A DNA stretch of 64,000 nt from Lophium mytilinum (GCA_010093605.1 MU004198.1:374726-438725); one strand, 5' to 3'; shown: positions 48,132-61,402, counted from the stretch's first letter. Numbers and translations: made by a program. Notes: generated by a model not told the origin, from the letters alone.

Positions 48132-51100
48132 CAGCCTTGACCAAAATTAGAGGCCGCCCTAAATTTAAAAAACGTATTTTTAAATATAGATTTCGGGCCG
48201 CCACGTAATCTCCGTAAATAGGCTATTCCTGTAGTAGTAATTAGCCTGTTTTTCAGGGGATTAAGTGCCCGGCCGTAATTACTATAGCAATATAAAGTTT
48301 ATATTATCTTATACTTGCATAGAGAGGGCTAAGAAAGCTTATACTTATCTATTTACTACTTTTTAATAATAGCCTTCTTTCTAAATTACTAGAAACCTTA
48401 ATATAACGCTGTAATATTATTAAATAACCTAGAGTTAGCCTCTATTTCTTATCGCCCGCCTAATTTACTGTTATTATTAAATTTTAACGAATCTTAATAG
48501 CTTCTAAGTATAGCCTTATTTAATTTCTATTCTTAGCCAATTAATAGCCTAACGTGGCTGCCCCCTTTAACCCAGCTTAACTACACTAATACGGAAGCGG
48601 CTAAGCTACTTAGCGGCCTATTAATTAATAAGATTATAGGCGGAGTACTAGCGGAAGAGGCGCCTCTTAGAGGGCTATTACTACCGCCTATAGATAACTA
48701 TAGCCCTAAAATTAGCTGTAATTTTAAAGAGAATAGCTAGGCGTTTAAGAACTAGAGGGCCCCTAGAGGGGGCTACAGCCGCCTACCTACGCTGTTATTA
48801 TTAGCTAGATCTGCCTCTTAAACGGCCTCTTAAATAGCCTCTTAAATAGCCTTAACTGCCTTACCTCTATATTATATATTACGGGCGCCTATAGAGTATA
48901 GTAATAGTAATAATACCCTAAAAAAGCTAATTCTCTGCTAGTAGGGGCGCTAATAGAAGGTCTATAGGCCGCCGCGTAGCTGTATATTTACTATATATAA
49001 TATACTATTAGTAATTAAGGTAAAGGTAGGTAAGCAGGTAGTAAGAATCTTACTAGAGAATACCTTTAAGAAATAAGGCGTTCTATACGCGGTGCTCTAG
49101 GTAAAGATTATCTACCTAAAAGTGCAGGCTACTCTTTATATATATAACCCGGCGGGTAACTAGATATTAGCCCCGCCTATTAAAATAAAGTTTAATACTA
49201 TATAGTACAGCGTAAAGCTTTTAAAGCTCTTAATTAATCTAGAGAAGAAAAAGGACTGCTAACGCTTTAATAAGAAGGTAATTAATTAGGTAGGCTACAT
49301 TAATAACGCTAACATGTAGAAGCTATTAATAATTAAGATAGAACTATTCTATACTAATTAGGGCAGCGCCGGCGGAATAGGCGGCCCGGCGTTAAATTCT
49401 ATAGTAGCTTAGTTAGCTAGAGCTCTACCTGCTTAATTAGTACTAGTTAATAAGGCTACTAGTAGTGCATAGCTCTTCTAGACAGCTCTTATAAGGCAGT
49501 AGAGGTGTAGCAATTAAACCTATATATAGTTATTAAGCTAGTACTTTTAAATAGATAGTATATACGTTAGAATTCTTATAGGTAATCTTATAAGCTAGAC
49601 TATAGTAAGAGGAGAGAATAGTATTAATATAGAGACGCCTCCACGGGTAATAATAAAGGTATTCTAGAAGTAATAAGATAATAGGCAATTAAGGCCTAAA
49701 TTAATGCTAGCTCTAGCAACGCTAGCAGCGCCTATACTAGTTATTGTAGTCCTTAATAATTAGGTAGTTAGTAGCCGCCGCCGCAGGCGTAGCTTAAGCT
49801 TAGAATCTAGGTCGCTATTAAGAAGGAGAAAGAGATTAAAGAGGGTACTAACTAAGCTGCTATTATTACCGCCGCTACGTATTTAATATGTAAATAGAGT
49901 TAAGAATTGCGTCTAGAATATAGAGGAGTACTTTAATAGCCTTAAGGCGAGTATATAGAATAATTCTAAGTAGGTAGAGAAGTTCTAGGTAGCTTAAAAG
50001 GCTCTCTAGAAGTAGCGGATAACCCTAGATTATATCCGCAAAAATAAGGCGGCGGTAAGGGCTATTATAATAGATATAGGCGTTTCTAATATATTAATTA
50101 GTAACGTAATTAAAGGAGTTAAGTAGTAGAAAAAGGAGAGGATAGAGGTGTTAGTAGAGGAGGAAGAAATGTAGAATAAGCTATAGGCACAAGAGAGAGG
50201 TAAATTAAGCTTATTTAAACAGGCAAAAATAGTTATATATAAAGGAGAAATGCTATATAAAACTATAGTATATTTACTTACTATTTCTATATATAAAATA
50301 TATGCTATTTTATATATATATTCTCTTTTTATATACTATATTTATACTTGCTATTAAATAGGAAGTCTATATACAGCCTTTCTATTTAGCTTAGCCCTTA
50401 TTTAAGCTAATTAGAGGCCGTATATTAGCTTAGCAAGCACGCTAATAGCTATTAGCGCAATAGTAAGTATATACGTAGACTTACTATATAACTACAGTCT
50501 ATACCTCTATTAATTTTCTAGGCTATAGTTACTTAGCTCTAGGCAGCAGCCGTTTAAGCTAATTAGAGGCTGTAGTCTAGCGTAGAGGCAGAATAGACTT
50601 AAAAGGAGTAAGAATAAGGTACACGCTAATATAATAAGCGAGCTAATTAGCTGCTAGTATATTTTAATTTACCTGCACTTCTAGAAATTAATAGTAAACG
50701 CTAGAGAGAATAACCTTCTACTAACTATAACCTCCTCTATATTCTCCTCTATGTTCTTAAATGTAACTACTATATTTAAAATAGCCTCTTACCTAAGCCC
50801 TATTACTACCTACTACCCCTATATAATACTCTAGGAACTATTTAAAGCTATACTTAAAGTACTTAGAGTAGCCTATCTAAGCCAGCCAGCTATAATATAT
50901 AAAGCTCTTTAGCTTACTAAAAAACTCCTTAATTAGGTTTAAATCTAGTAAATATAGTAGTAGGTATACTAAAATAACGCCTGCCTCTCTAAATAAAGCT
51001 TCTATCTAATTAGAGTAGTAGAAGCTCGCATTATCTATAACTACTACTAATTTTAGCGCAGGAAATTAACTATACGCTGGAAGAAGGTAGTTCCGGATCT

Positions 51101-52035
51101 AGTACTTATAGTTCTTATTATTTATAGCTCCTTTATATACTAATAAGATAAGAACGCTATTAATAGTATAGGCTAGTAGTATATTAAGCCGCGTCTCTTC
51201 TTAATTATATAGTACTCTCTACACCGGCGCAACACCTATAGAAGACTATCTAAACTTCCTTATACTAGTCTTTAAGTTAGCATCTAATTTATTAATAAAT
51301 ATAAGCTAATTAGTCTAGAACTATAAGATCCACGCTATATATATATTACGTGCCTTATAGCTATATTTAAGGGCGTAATGGCAGTACTAGGTATATTAGT
51401 ATAGGCTTTATCTACTAGGCAGTATACTTACTATCTTTCTATTCTAACCGGCCAGCCTTAACTCTCTTATAATAGATAAGCGAGAAATAATAGTACTAAA
51501 CTTATTATATAGTAGCTACTATATCTTATCTATATATAGTATTAGCTTTTTAGTAAGCTATACTAGTAAATAGATAACTATTACTATAGTAAGGCTGCGC
51601 CGTCTTCCTACTTAATTAGAAGGCGCGTAGATAGTGCCCTAGGCCCTCTACTACCTTATTAACTTTCTTGCGGTCCTCTAGCAGTAATTAAGCTTATAGC
51701 TAAGCTTATAAAAGGTAATTCCGCCCTTAATTAGTATATTAGCGGCGTTATAGGTGTATTTACTTAGGCGGGCAGGCATAGTAGTAAAGAAAATAAGAAG
51801 CTATTACAAGAAATCCGTGTAGAAAAGGAGGAAGAGAGAATGCAGCAGATGGGATAGAAGGGCTCGGCGAAATCCAGTTTATTTGTTGTTGTTGTTATCC
51901 ACTTAATCCCCTGAAAAACAGGCTAATTACTACTACAGGAATAGCCTATTTGCGGAGATTACGTGGCGGCCCGAAATCTATATTTAAAAATACGTTTTTC
52001 GAATTTAGGGCGGCCTCTGATTTCGGTCAAGGCTG
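48132..52035 (-). mobile_element. RIP-inactivated Tc1/mariner (IS630-like) DNA transposon, 3904 bp
   Basis: 136-bp TIRs (48132-48267 and 51900-52035) begin CAGCCTTGACC and are flanked by TA on both sides. The interior is AT/TpA-rich and has no long ORFs. Confidence 0.95.
50750..51779 (-). pseudogene. RIP-degraded DDE transposase (DDE_3/IS630-Tc1 type)
   Basis: ATG at 51779 (MPARLS..). The relic VVVIDNASFYYS..AGVILVYLLLYLLDLNLIKEFFSKLKA corresponds to VVMDNASFH..LPPYSPDLNPIEEFFS after C>T/G>A changes. The 3' boundary is approximate. Confidence 0.85.
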
Positions 52036-52406
52036 TATATGCTCTATAATACGAATCGGTATAATCTCCGACTTATCGTCTATCCAGGCTTTGGTGGGGA
52101 ACTGGGCGTTACGTCAGGTGCTTAAAATAGTGTATATGCAGGGGTCGAGGGACCACTTCGTGGCTTGGAAAGAAGACGCAGCAGCTCGAGTCGGATCGCC
52201 CTTATTACTTCCCTATCATCAACCACGGGGCTGGAATCCTGTCGTACCACAGCCGGCTCTCCATGCCTGCGTCCTAGTCGTTTCCCGAACCATAAAACTC
52301 GTTGAGTATGCAGAATGTCCCGCCTTGACATGAAGACTTGGGACGAGAGACTGACTATACATTCTCGTAGGGCAAACTTCCCCCCACATAGGCATGCGAT
52401 GCGACA

Positions 52407-55400
52407 ATGACCGGCGGCGACGAACCCCCGGAATATAATCGCGATGGCCTCCGGCGGCGCCAATCGTCCCATCATGAGGACAACGAGGACCTGCTCGCAG
52501 CCGCGCAAACTGTGGCGCCGGTCTCGCCCACTACATACCACGTAGAGCCTCCCCGGCGAGCAAACACCGACCCAGACGCGGCCGTGGCCTCGACTTCTTC
52601 CGCGGTGGATAATGGCACGAGGACAGCTACCAGGGCTTCGATTGATGTGGGGCCGCGCGTTCGTTTCTCCACAGATGTGGAGAGGCAGCTCCCGTCCCAA
52701 TCGAAGAGGAACTCAGCAGGTGCTTCCATGGATATTGGTGGAGATGGGCGGAGGGCCTCGCTGCCGAAGATGAAGTCTGGGGCTCCGGAATTGAGAGTCG
52801 ATACCCAGGGCGGCGCTGCGGCGGGAGGTGCGCCGATATTGGGCCAGGGAACGGTACTGTCACCTACGACTGCTTCACCAACATCGCCGGTTGCTGGCTC
52901 ACAGAAGTCGCCCATTTCACCTGCGGCGCGGAATCGAGGCTATTCGCTGCGTCGGGCGCTGTTTCATAGGACGATTGAGGATCAGGCCACTTCGCCGGGA
53001 TCTATAATTGAGATGCAAGATACGGCTGGATCGTCGAGTCAAGCATCAACCTCTCAATTGGATGGTGTCCACGATCGCAGTACGCCAAGTAAGAAGCGGC
53101 AATCAATGGTCGTCGTTACACCGGTGGCTATGGATTTTGGAGATCTCCCTGATAGGAATAAATCCAAAGGCTACAAAGGGACTTCTGCGCTGCCGAATTG
53201 GGAGAATTGGGTGGAAAAGAAAAGCAAGAGGATCGCGATCTCGAGCAAGGTTCGTGACTTTACGACCAAAACGAAGAAGTTCGTTCTGCGAATCCAGGAG
53301 ATACCGCCAAGCAAAGACGGCAGACACATTGACCTTGACTGTTCGCGGAAAGAACCTCTGATTGACGAAAGAACCAATAAGCCGTATATCAGTAACTACA
53401 TCCGCTCAACTCGTTATTCGGCCTGGAACTTTCTACCCCGGCAATTGGTTGCACAGTTTTCGAAACTGGCAAATTTCTACTTCTTGTGTGTTTCTATCCT
53501 GCAGATGATCCCTGGTCTCAGTACTACGGGTACTTACACGACGATTATACCGTTGATTTTCTTCGTGTGTATATCGATGGGCAAGGAAGGGTATGATGAT
53601 CTCAGGAGACACAAGCTTGACAAGGCCGAGAATAATCGCGAAACCAAAGTTCTACATGCGTACAAGAACACCGGTCCTACGGATGAAGAAAACATCCCGA
53701 CCTCTCCTTCAGGTGCCGTTGGCCCTCTACATTGGGCAACGACGAAATGGCATAACCTCCAGGTCGGCGACGTTGTGAAACTTGATCGAGACGACGCTGC
53801 CCCAGCCGACCTTGCCATCTTGCATTCAGGGGGAGAAAATGGCATTGCATATGTGGAGACTATGGCTCTCGATGGAGAGACTAACCTCAAGAGCAAGCAA
53901 ACAGCGACATCTGTGAGCAAAGTCTTGACTAATCAGGATGATGTTGCGATATGCAACGCCGAGTTTGTGGTCGAAGATCCTAATCTCGATCTCTACAACT
54001 TCGAAGGCCGAGTCAAAGTCAACGGAGAAACAGCGCCGCTAACTACCGCTGAGGTCATCTACCGGGGTAGTATTCTCAGGAACACTCCCAACGCCATTGG
54101 CATGGTCATCTACTCTGGTGAGGAGTGCCGAATTCGAATGAATGCCAATAAGAACCCTCGCATCAAAGCTCCGTCGCTTCAGAGCATAGTCAACAAGGTC
54201 GTCATTATCATTGTCATTTTCGTCATTGCGCTTGCGATCTTCAACACCGTCGCGTATCGCATATGGTCTAATCAGACAGAGGACAAGTCCTGGTACCTCT
54301 CCAATGCTGACGTGGCGTTCTTTCCCATTCTCACCTCGTTCATCATCATGTTCAATACCATGATTCCGCTGTCCCTATACGTGAGTTTGGAAATTGTCAA
54401 ATTGGCACAGATGTTTTTTCTCAATGACATTGACCTATACGATGCCGAGTCTGATACGCCTTTGGAAGCACGGACCTCGACAATCAATGAGGAGTTGGGC
54501 CAAATCAGGTAAGCTGGCCATAATATAATGTTCGGGCTGCTTTGCTGACCTTTACAGTTACATCTTCTCCGATAAAACCGGCACCCTCACAGATAACTCG
54601 ATGAAGTTCCGGAAAATGAGCGTGGCTGGTACTGCATGGCTTCATGACGCAGATTTACAAAAGGACGCCGCCAAGAGGAAGCTTTTAGAACCCAAGAAGA
54701 AAAACAAGGGCAAAGGCAAGAAGCCAGCTAGGAAATCTCGTGATGTTCAGGCCGTTGAAGAGTCCCTTGCACTCCGAGAGCATGTAGTGGACCCAGCCAG
54801 CACCAGCCGCTCGTCAAATGAAGCGTCTGGCGCTAGTGGGCTTCAAAGAAGCGGATCAAACTGGAAATCGACAGCACGGCCTGGAAAGGCTCAACCTGAG
54901 CTTCTGACGAAGGACATGCTCCGGTATATTCAACGCAAGCCGTATACCCTATTCGCTAAAAAGGTACGATTGTTTCTTCTCTCTTTGGCACTATGTCACA
55001 CCTGTCTTCCAGAGACACAGGAGAATGGAGAGATCGAGTTTATGGCATCCTCGCCGGATGAGTATGCTCTTGTGCATGCAGCTCAAGAGATGGGCTTCCT
55101 GGTCATCAACCGCGACTCTCGAACCATCACGTTGAAGATCATGCCCCAAGGCAATGACGCGGAACCATTGCTGGAAACCTACGATATCCTAGATGTCATT
55201 GAGTTCTCCAGTAAGCGAAAGCGGATGTCTATTGTCGTCCGCTTCCCAGACCAACGGATTTGCATTTTCTGCAAGGGCGCCGACTCCATCGTTATGCAGA
55301 GACTCAAGCTTGCAACACTTGCAAATAAGAAGGTCGTCGAGATTGAGCGTCGCGCGAGCAAGAGAAAAAGCTTGGAAGCACAGTACGCCATTGCACGGAA

Positions 55401-57600
55401 AAGTGAACAGATTGAGCGGAAGAGCAGTGTCGGCGGCCGAAGAAGCATGACCCTCAGTGGTGCGGCTCGAGCGAGTTTCACCATCGGGCGTGCCAGCACA
55501 ACACTCAGTCGTGGCAGCGTTAGCGGAAATCGTTTGAGCATGGTCGGCACTGTACGACAGCCGGTTCGTGACGAGTTAGATCAGTGGTTGACTGAACGCG
55601 AGCATGACGTGGATATCTCCTCGGTTGAGGAGAACAGCTTATATTATTCTCCGCGTCCTTCAGCTCAGCTTAACCGGCAGTCTCTTGCCCTCTCATTCAG
55701 TTCCGATCCCCGAAGTTCGATGCAGTTCGAAGAGATGGATGAGTTTGTTGAAGAGTCGCTGGTAGCGGACGAGACAGCAGTGATCGAGCGCTGCTTCCAA
55801 CATATCAACGACTTCGCAACTGAAGGACTAAGGACGCTTCTCTATGGCTACCGGTTCATTGACGAGCAAGAGTATATTTCATGGAAAAAGGTCTATCTCG
55901 ACGCAACTACAAGTCTCATCAATCGTCAAGACATGATCGAATCTGCGGGCGACCACATCGAACAGAATCTCGATCTCGCAGGCGCTACTGCTATCGAAGA
56001 TAAGCTTCAAAAGGGCGTCCCAGAATCCATCGACAAGCTCCGCCGTGCGAGCATCAAGATGTGGATGCTAACAGGCGACAAGCGCGAGACGGCCATCAAC
56101 ATCGGCCATTCCTGCCGCCTGATCAAAGACTACTCCTCCGTGACCGTCCTGGACCACGAAAGCGGTGAAGTCGCGCAGTACATCGCCGACGCCATCCTCA
56201 ATATCAACGGCAGCAAAGTCGCACACTCGGTCATCGTCGTCGACGGCCAAACCCTCGCCACCATCTACGAAGACAAGCACCTCACCGCCCTCTTCTTCGA
56301 CCTCGCCGTCCTCGCCGACTCCGTCATCTGCTGCCGCGCCTCGCCCTCCCAAAAAGCCGGCCTGGTCAAAGGCATCCGCAAGCGCGTCCGCAAATCCATC
56401 ACCCTCGCCATCGGCGACGGCGCCAACGACATCGCCATGATCCAAGAAGCCCACGTCGGCATCGGCATCACGGGCAAAGAGGGCCTGCAAGCCGCACGCA
56501 CGAGCGACTACTCGATCGCGCAGTTCCGCTTCCTCACCAAGCTCCTCCTGGTCCACGGCCGCTGGAACTACGTCCGCACGTGCAAGTACACCGTCGGCAC
56601 CTTCTGGAAGGAAATGCTCTTCTTCCTCACGCAGGCGCTGTACCAGCGCTGGGCGGGCTACACGGGGACTTCGCTGTACGAGAACTGGAGCTTGAGTATG
56701 TTCAACACGCTGTTTACGAGCTTACCGGTGATTTTCCTCGGGATCTTTGAGAAGGACCTTGCGGCGAGTACGTTGTTGGCGGTGCCGGAGCTGTATACGA
56801 AGGGTCAGCGGAACGGCGCGTTTAATTTTAGGATCTATGCGGGTTGGATGTTTATGGCGGCGAGTGAGGCGATGGTTGTGTTCTTCGTGATGTTGGGGGT
56901 ATATGGCCAGGCGATTTTCACGAGCGATCAGGGGATGTTCGCGTTGGGTGATCTCTGCTTTAGTGCTGCGGTTATCGTCATTAGCGTGAAGATGCAGTAA
57001 GTTCCCCCCCATTCTCCTCATACCTTCTGTTCTCAAACAAAGGTTATATACTAACGACCCTCTAGGCTTATCGAACCCCACACCCGTACCCTCCTCATCC
57101 TCATCCCCCTCATCTGCTCCATCGGCGGCTGGTGGCTCTGGAACCTCCTCCTCGCCGTGCTGTACAACCCCCACGCGCCCATCTACCACGTGCGCAACGC
57201 CTTCACGCACACGTTTGGCGCGAATGCGCTGTGGTGGCTTACTCTCGTCCTCATCCTCGCGTGTGTGGTTGTCTTTGAGCTCGGGGTCGCGAGTCTGAGA
57301 GCAACGTTTTATACGCAGGACGTCGATGTTTTCAGGGAGTTGGAGAAGGATGAGGGGGTGAGGAGAAGGTTTGAGGAGGCGGCGAGGGGGGAGATGCCGG
57401 TTTCGTTGGTAGGAGTGGGGGTTGGGGAGGTGGAGGTAAAGGGGGTGGAGAGGGTGAAGACGAGGGAGGAGGAGGAGAGGAGGGAGGGGGAGGTGGCGGA
57501 GATGCTGGCGATGAGGCCGGTAGGGGAGCTGGGGAGGGGGGGGACGGATGTGGAGGAGGCGCTTAGGGGGGCGTTTGGGAGGGTGAGGGGGGTGGAGTAG
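52407..57600 (+). CDS. DNF3: P4-type phospholipid-translocating ATPase (Dnf3-like flippase)
   Basis: Motifs LDGETNLK, IPLSLYV, EELGQI|SYIFSDKTGTLT, ATAIEDKLQ, WMLTGDK, AIGDGAND and LLVHGRWNY. Introns 54509-54557 and 56997-57065. Subfamily assignment is by resemblance only. Confidence 0.92.
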
Positions 57601-58201
57601 GGGTGGGGTGGGTTGGGTTGGGCCGAAGGGATGATTGTATGATTTTTGTGATGGGTGATGCTGTTTTGGGATGGGTTGGGTTAGCAAGGGGGGGCATGCG
57701 GAGGCGTTTTTTTTTTTGGTAGCGGTGATATCCAGCCCCTGATTATTCTTATGAAGAGGATCGTGGTACGCGATTGTGATCAGCCGCTGTGGATAGGGGA
57801 GCCTAGAAGGACCGAGCGAGTGCTGAGAGCGGACGTCGGACGACCTAGATTGGGAAGATGTTGCAGCAAACGAAATTTCTGCTTGCGCTTCGTATGTGTA
57901 GTGCTTTCAGGGAACATCTAGCTATGCGATCAGTTTGCTCGTAGAAAGAGTTGGCAGTATAAGTGTCATAGACCCTCATCCGTCGGCCGAAACTCGTATC
58001 TCGAAGCGAAGCTGGTAAGTCTCCCGAAGGGACGAGACAAGACGCTATCAATACTCTGAGCCAGGGGCGAGCAGGGAGATCAGCGGGAGGAGCGGAGCGA
58101 GGGTAATTGAAGAGGTGAGCCATTGCGTAAGCAAGTCTGCATACAACCATTGATTCAGTTTGAGATTAGAACGCATCTGACCCAACGCTTCTTTTATATA
58201 G

Positions 58202-59620
58202 CCCACCAAGCCAAGCATCCCCACCCTCGCCACCGAGCTCCAAGAACTCGTCTTCTCGCACTGCGACGTCTTCTCCGTAGAAGCTCTTCGAGCAACTTGC
58301 AAGCAGCTCCGCGCCGTCGGAGCGCGCTTTCAATTCGACGAGGTGCACTTTGCGTGGCACAAACGCAGCGTCAACGGGTTCCTCAGCGTCGCAAATAATC
58401 TAGGACGCTGCCAGAAAGTGAGGAGGGTGGTTATACATGCAGATGTGCTTCGGCCCCTTCTGGAGGTTAAAGACATGTTCTGCCTTGATTACGAGGACCT
58501 CGAGCACTTTCTCAAAAGGCGGTATGCGGGATGGGATGTTGATTTGAACGCAGAGGTTGTGTTTCAAGAGGCCCGAGATGTTGTGTTCACGATAGATCAA
58601 CTTAGGGGATTTGATCTGTGGCAGGAAATTCATCAAAACAGAGATCATGAGGACATGTATGGTTGGGGTTCGCCGGATTATCTCTTGCACAACTCCGACA
58701 TTCCTCGGGCCATCAACCGGCTAGAGAACCTGGAATAGGTTGTTGTGATGGTCACTGAAGGCGAGCTAGAAATCGCCCACTGGGTAGACTATACTCCAAC
58801 CTGCCGGCATCCGTTTTGGCGTACTCTCTACGACGCGGTCCCTTCACAGCTTTATTTCTGGTCCTGGCCACCGAGGGGTCTGCACCAGGTTCTGGAACTT
58901 ATCTATGGTTTCATGATGCTGAACCAGTACCCTCCAAGGTTACGCATTGAGTGCCTTAGCTTGCCTTCATGGCCACAAAACTGGTCAGACGCCCATGAAC
59001 GAGCGTTGTGGCATCTGAACCTGCACAGACTGAACGCATTGCCACCCGCGATTGCACTCCTCACCCGCTTCAAGTTCCGATTCATGGCATTTCCGGGATC
59101 CTCAATGTGCGACGACTGGCTTCCCATGTGGTGCGGTCCGGGTAACATAGAGGAGCACCGCCTGAACGAGTTCTTGCTGCAAGCCACGAATCTCCGTGCC
59201 TTATCCGTCGAAATTACTTCGAACGTCAGTTTGGACGCGGCTTTCCGAGGTGTAACACTTCCATCTCTTGAGTCTCTTGGACTCGCCGGGACAGCTTCTT
59301 TGGCCGAAATGACGGCTTGGCTCAGGATAACGCGCCTCTGCTCCGAGAGCTGAACGTTGTGAAATGGAAAGAGCAAGATTTGGAAACCGATTTGTTGATG
59401 AAAGCTGATTACGAAAAGGTTTGCAAATTCGTGTAATGGCGAGAGGCAAGCCGAAACGATGAGGATAGAAGCGATGGAAGTGGATTTTAGAGGTCGTTTC
59501 GGGGATATGATATCTCTGTATGCGTTTTGGCGCCCTAAAGAGACAGGGGAGGAGCCAGCGACGGCAGAGTCGGGACCGTCGTTGCGAGAGGGAAAGGATT
59601 ATATGGTGCTGGAATGGTAG
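58202..59620 (+). pseudogene. F-box/LRR-like gene with an internal stop and a probable frameshift
   Basis: F-box-like start IPTLATELQELVFSHCDVFSVEALRATCKQLR. A TAG at 58736 separates two ORFs in the same frame. LRR-like text (..NAPLLRELNV) resumes in another frame near 59325. Boundaries are approximate. Confidence 0.55.
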
Positions 59621-60054
59621 ACCGGTCGTGGTAGAGACTGGTGGATATAGGCGGTGGACATCTCTTACCTACGCTAAATCCTCCTCCACAGCGTGAAATG
59701 AAAAGAGCAAGATACAGTACTAGCCCACAAGACTGGGGTCACTGGTATACCACAGCTTGAGGGCCATTTTGGAAGCTAGGCATCACTGTCAAAGGCGGCA
59801 CCGATGCTTGAAAATCGGCAGTCAAGAGGCTGCTTAGACTCCAAGGTATGAGATTCGGCATCACGCGTAGGTTTTTGTGGCACCACTGGAGCACCTCAGG
59901 CAGTGGGAAACGAAGGTGCAAAGACCTGTTGTCGGTCACCTGAATCTAACCCTTATGACAAAAGCGTTCAAAAAGAGACTGTAAATCAGGTCAACGAATT
60001 CTTGATTCCTAAGCGGCCGCTGGAGTGTCTCTGTGGGAAGCTTAGTTGCTTTTG

Positions 60055-61100
60055 TCACTTAAAGTTACAGATCGAACCGAGTAAACCGAACTTTGATAGA
60101 CGTGGTGTGCACGCGGCGTAGTTACAAGTTGGCTAATATGGACCACAGAAGCAGCAGACGTAAATAAGGTCGTCGTTCAGAGGATGTTTAAACCCTGCTG
60201 AGGCACCTCTGTTAGGAATTAGCGCAGTGTAGTTGCTTAAAGTCACAATTCGAACCGCGTGAAAGGAATTCTGGTAAGATGCGGAGGGCTCGTTGGAGAG
60301 AGAGGCCAGATTAGAGCGACGGAAAAAGGATTACGAAAAACGGAGGAAGCGCCTTTCCGAAGATTCTGAGCCGATTGGTTACTAAAATTCACATATCTAA
60401 CTGCGTACAAAAAGATTTTTAGACGCGGAGGGTACATCGCGTGGCAGATATAGTTGTGGTTTTACCCCTTGATAGATAGATATAAATTAGGCTGATGGAA
60501 TTAGGATCGCAAAAGACAGTGGAAACACCTCCATGGAGGATCTGAACAGATTGGTTACTAAAAGTCACATATTGAACCGCGTGAAAAAAAACTTTTTACT
60601 TTTTGATGGAGGGGCGTAAGTTAGGCTGGCGGAAATAGGATGGCGAAAAACGGCGGAAGCACCTCTATGAAGGACCTAAGCAGATTAGTTACTAAAAGTC
60701 ACATATCGAACCAAGTACACCGATTTTTGGTAGACGATGCGTGGACGCGGCGTGCCGTAGCCTAGTCTCTACCAAGGAGGCATGAATCAGCCCGCGGGGA
60801 AGGGGATATCGGAAACGTTCCTGGTTTCCCCTCTGCGCCAGTTCTACACTTTTTTGTTGCAACTTTTCACGAATCTGACCGCGCGAATCGAAAAATCAGT
60901 GACGCAGCGTATACGCAAAGACCACGAAAAGGGCTGCGCTGCGAGCAAAGGGCTATTAATTAGACTATTGTCAAAAGGATAATGAACACAAGACGAGGTA
61001 CCCCTGTTAAGAGTTTGTGGCCTTTTATTGCAAGTGTTAACGAATCTAACCACGCGAATCAATTTTTGGTAGACGTGGAGGGCACGCGGCGTGCACCTGG
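60055..61100 (+). repeat. Degenerate tandem array, about 7 units of 134-178 bp
   Basis: The core GATTGGTTACTAAAAGTCACATATCGAACCGCGT..TTTTGGTAGACG has anchors near 60073, 60251, 60397, 60573, 60707, 60875 and 61046. Confidence 0.85.
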
Positions 61101-61402
61101 CGTAGTCACCTTTCCAAACGAAAGTAGTGAGATGCATATGTTTGAATTCAGATGCTCTTTCGAAAAACATTGGTAGGTGCGATCGAAGCTACCCTTGTAA
61201 TGTCTAGCCCAGATTTAATGTGTCCCAGATCTTGAATGGCATCGTGCTTCGCCGCATTGCCTCGCCGCAATCGAACCAAGGTGCGACGTTTTGCTTTCGA
61301 GTCCTCTACGAATTCACGACAAATCCAGCACACGACATTCGCGCTCCCATTTTGGTCTTTTCTGAAATCTAGAGACTCCCGGCATCTTTATACCATCGCA
61401 CA

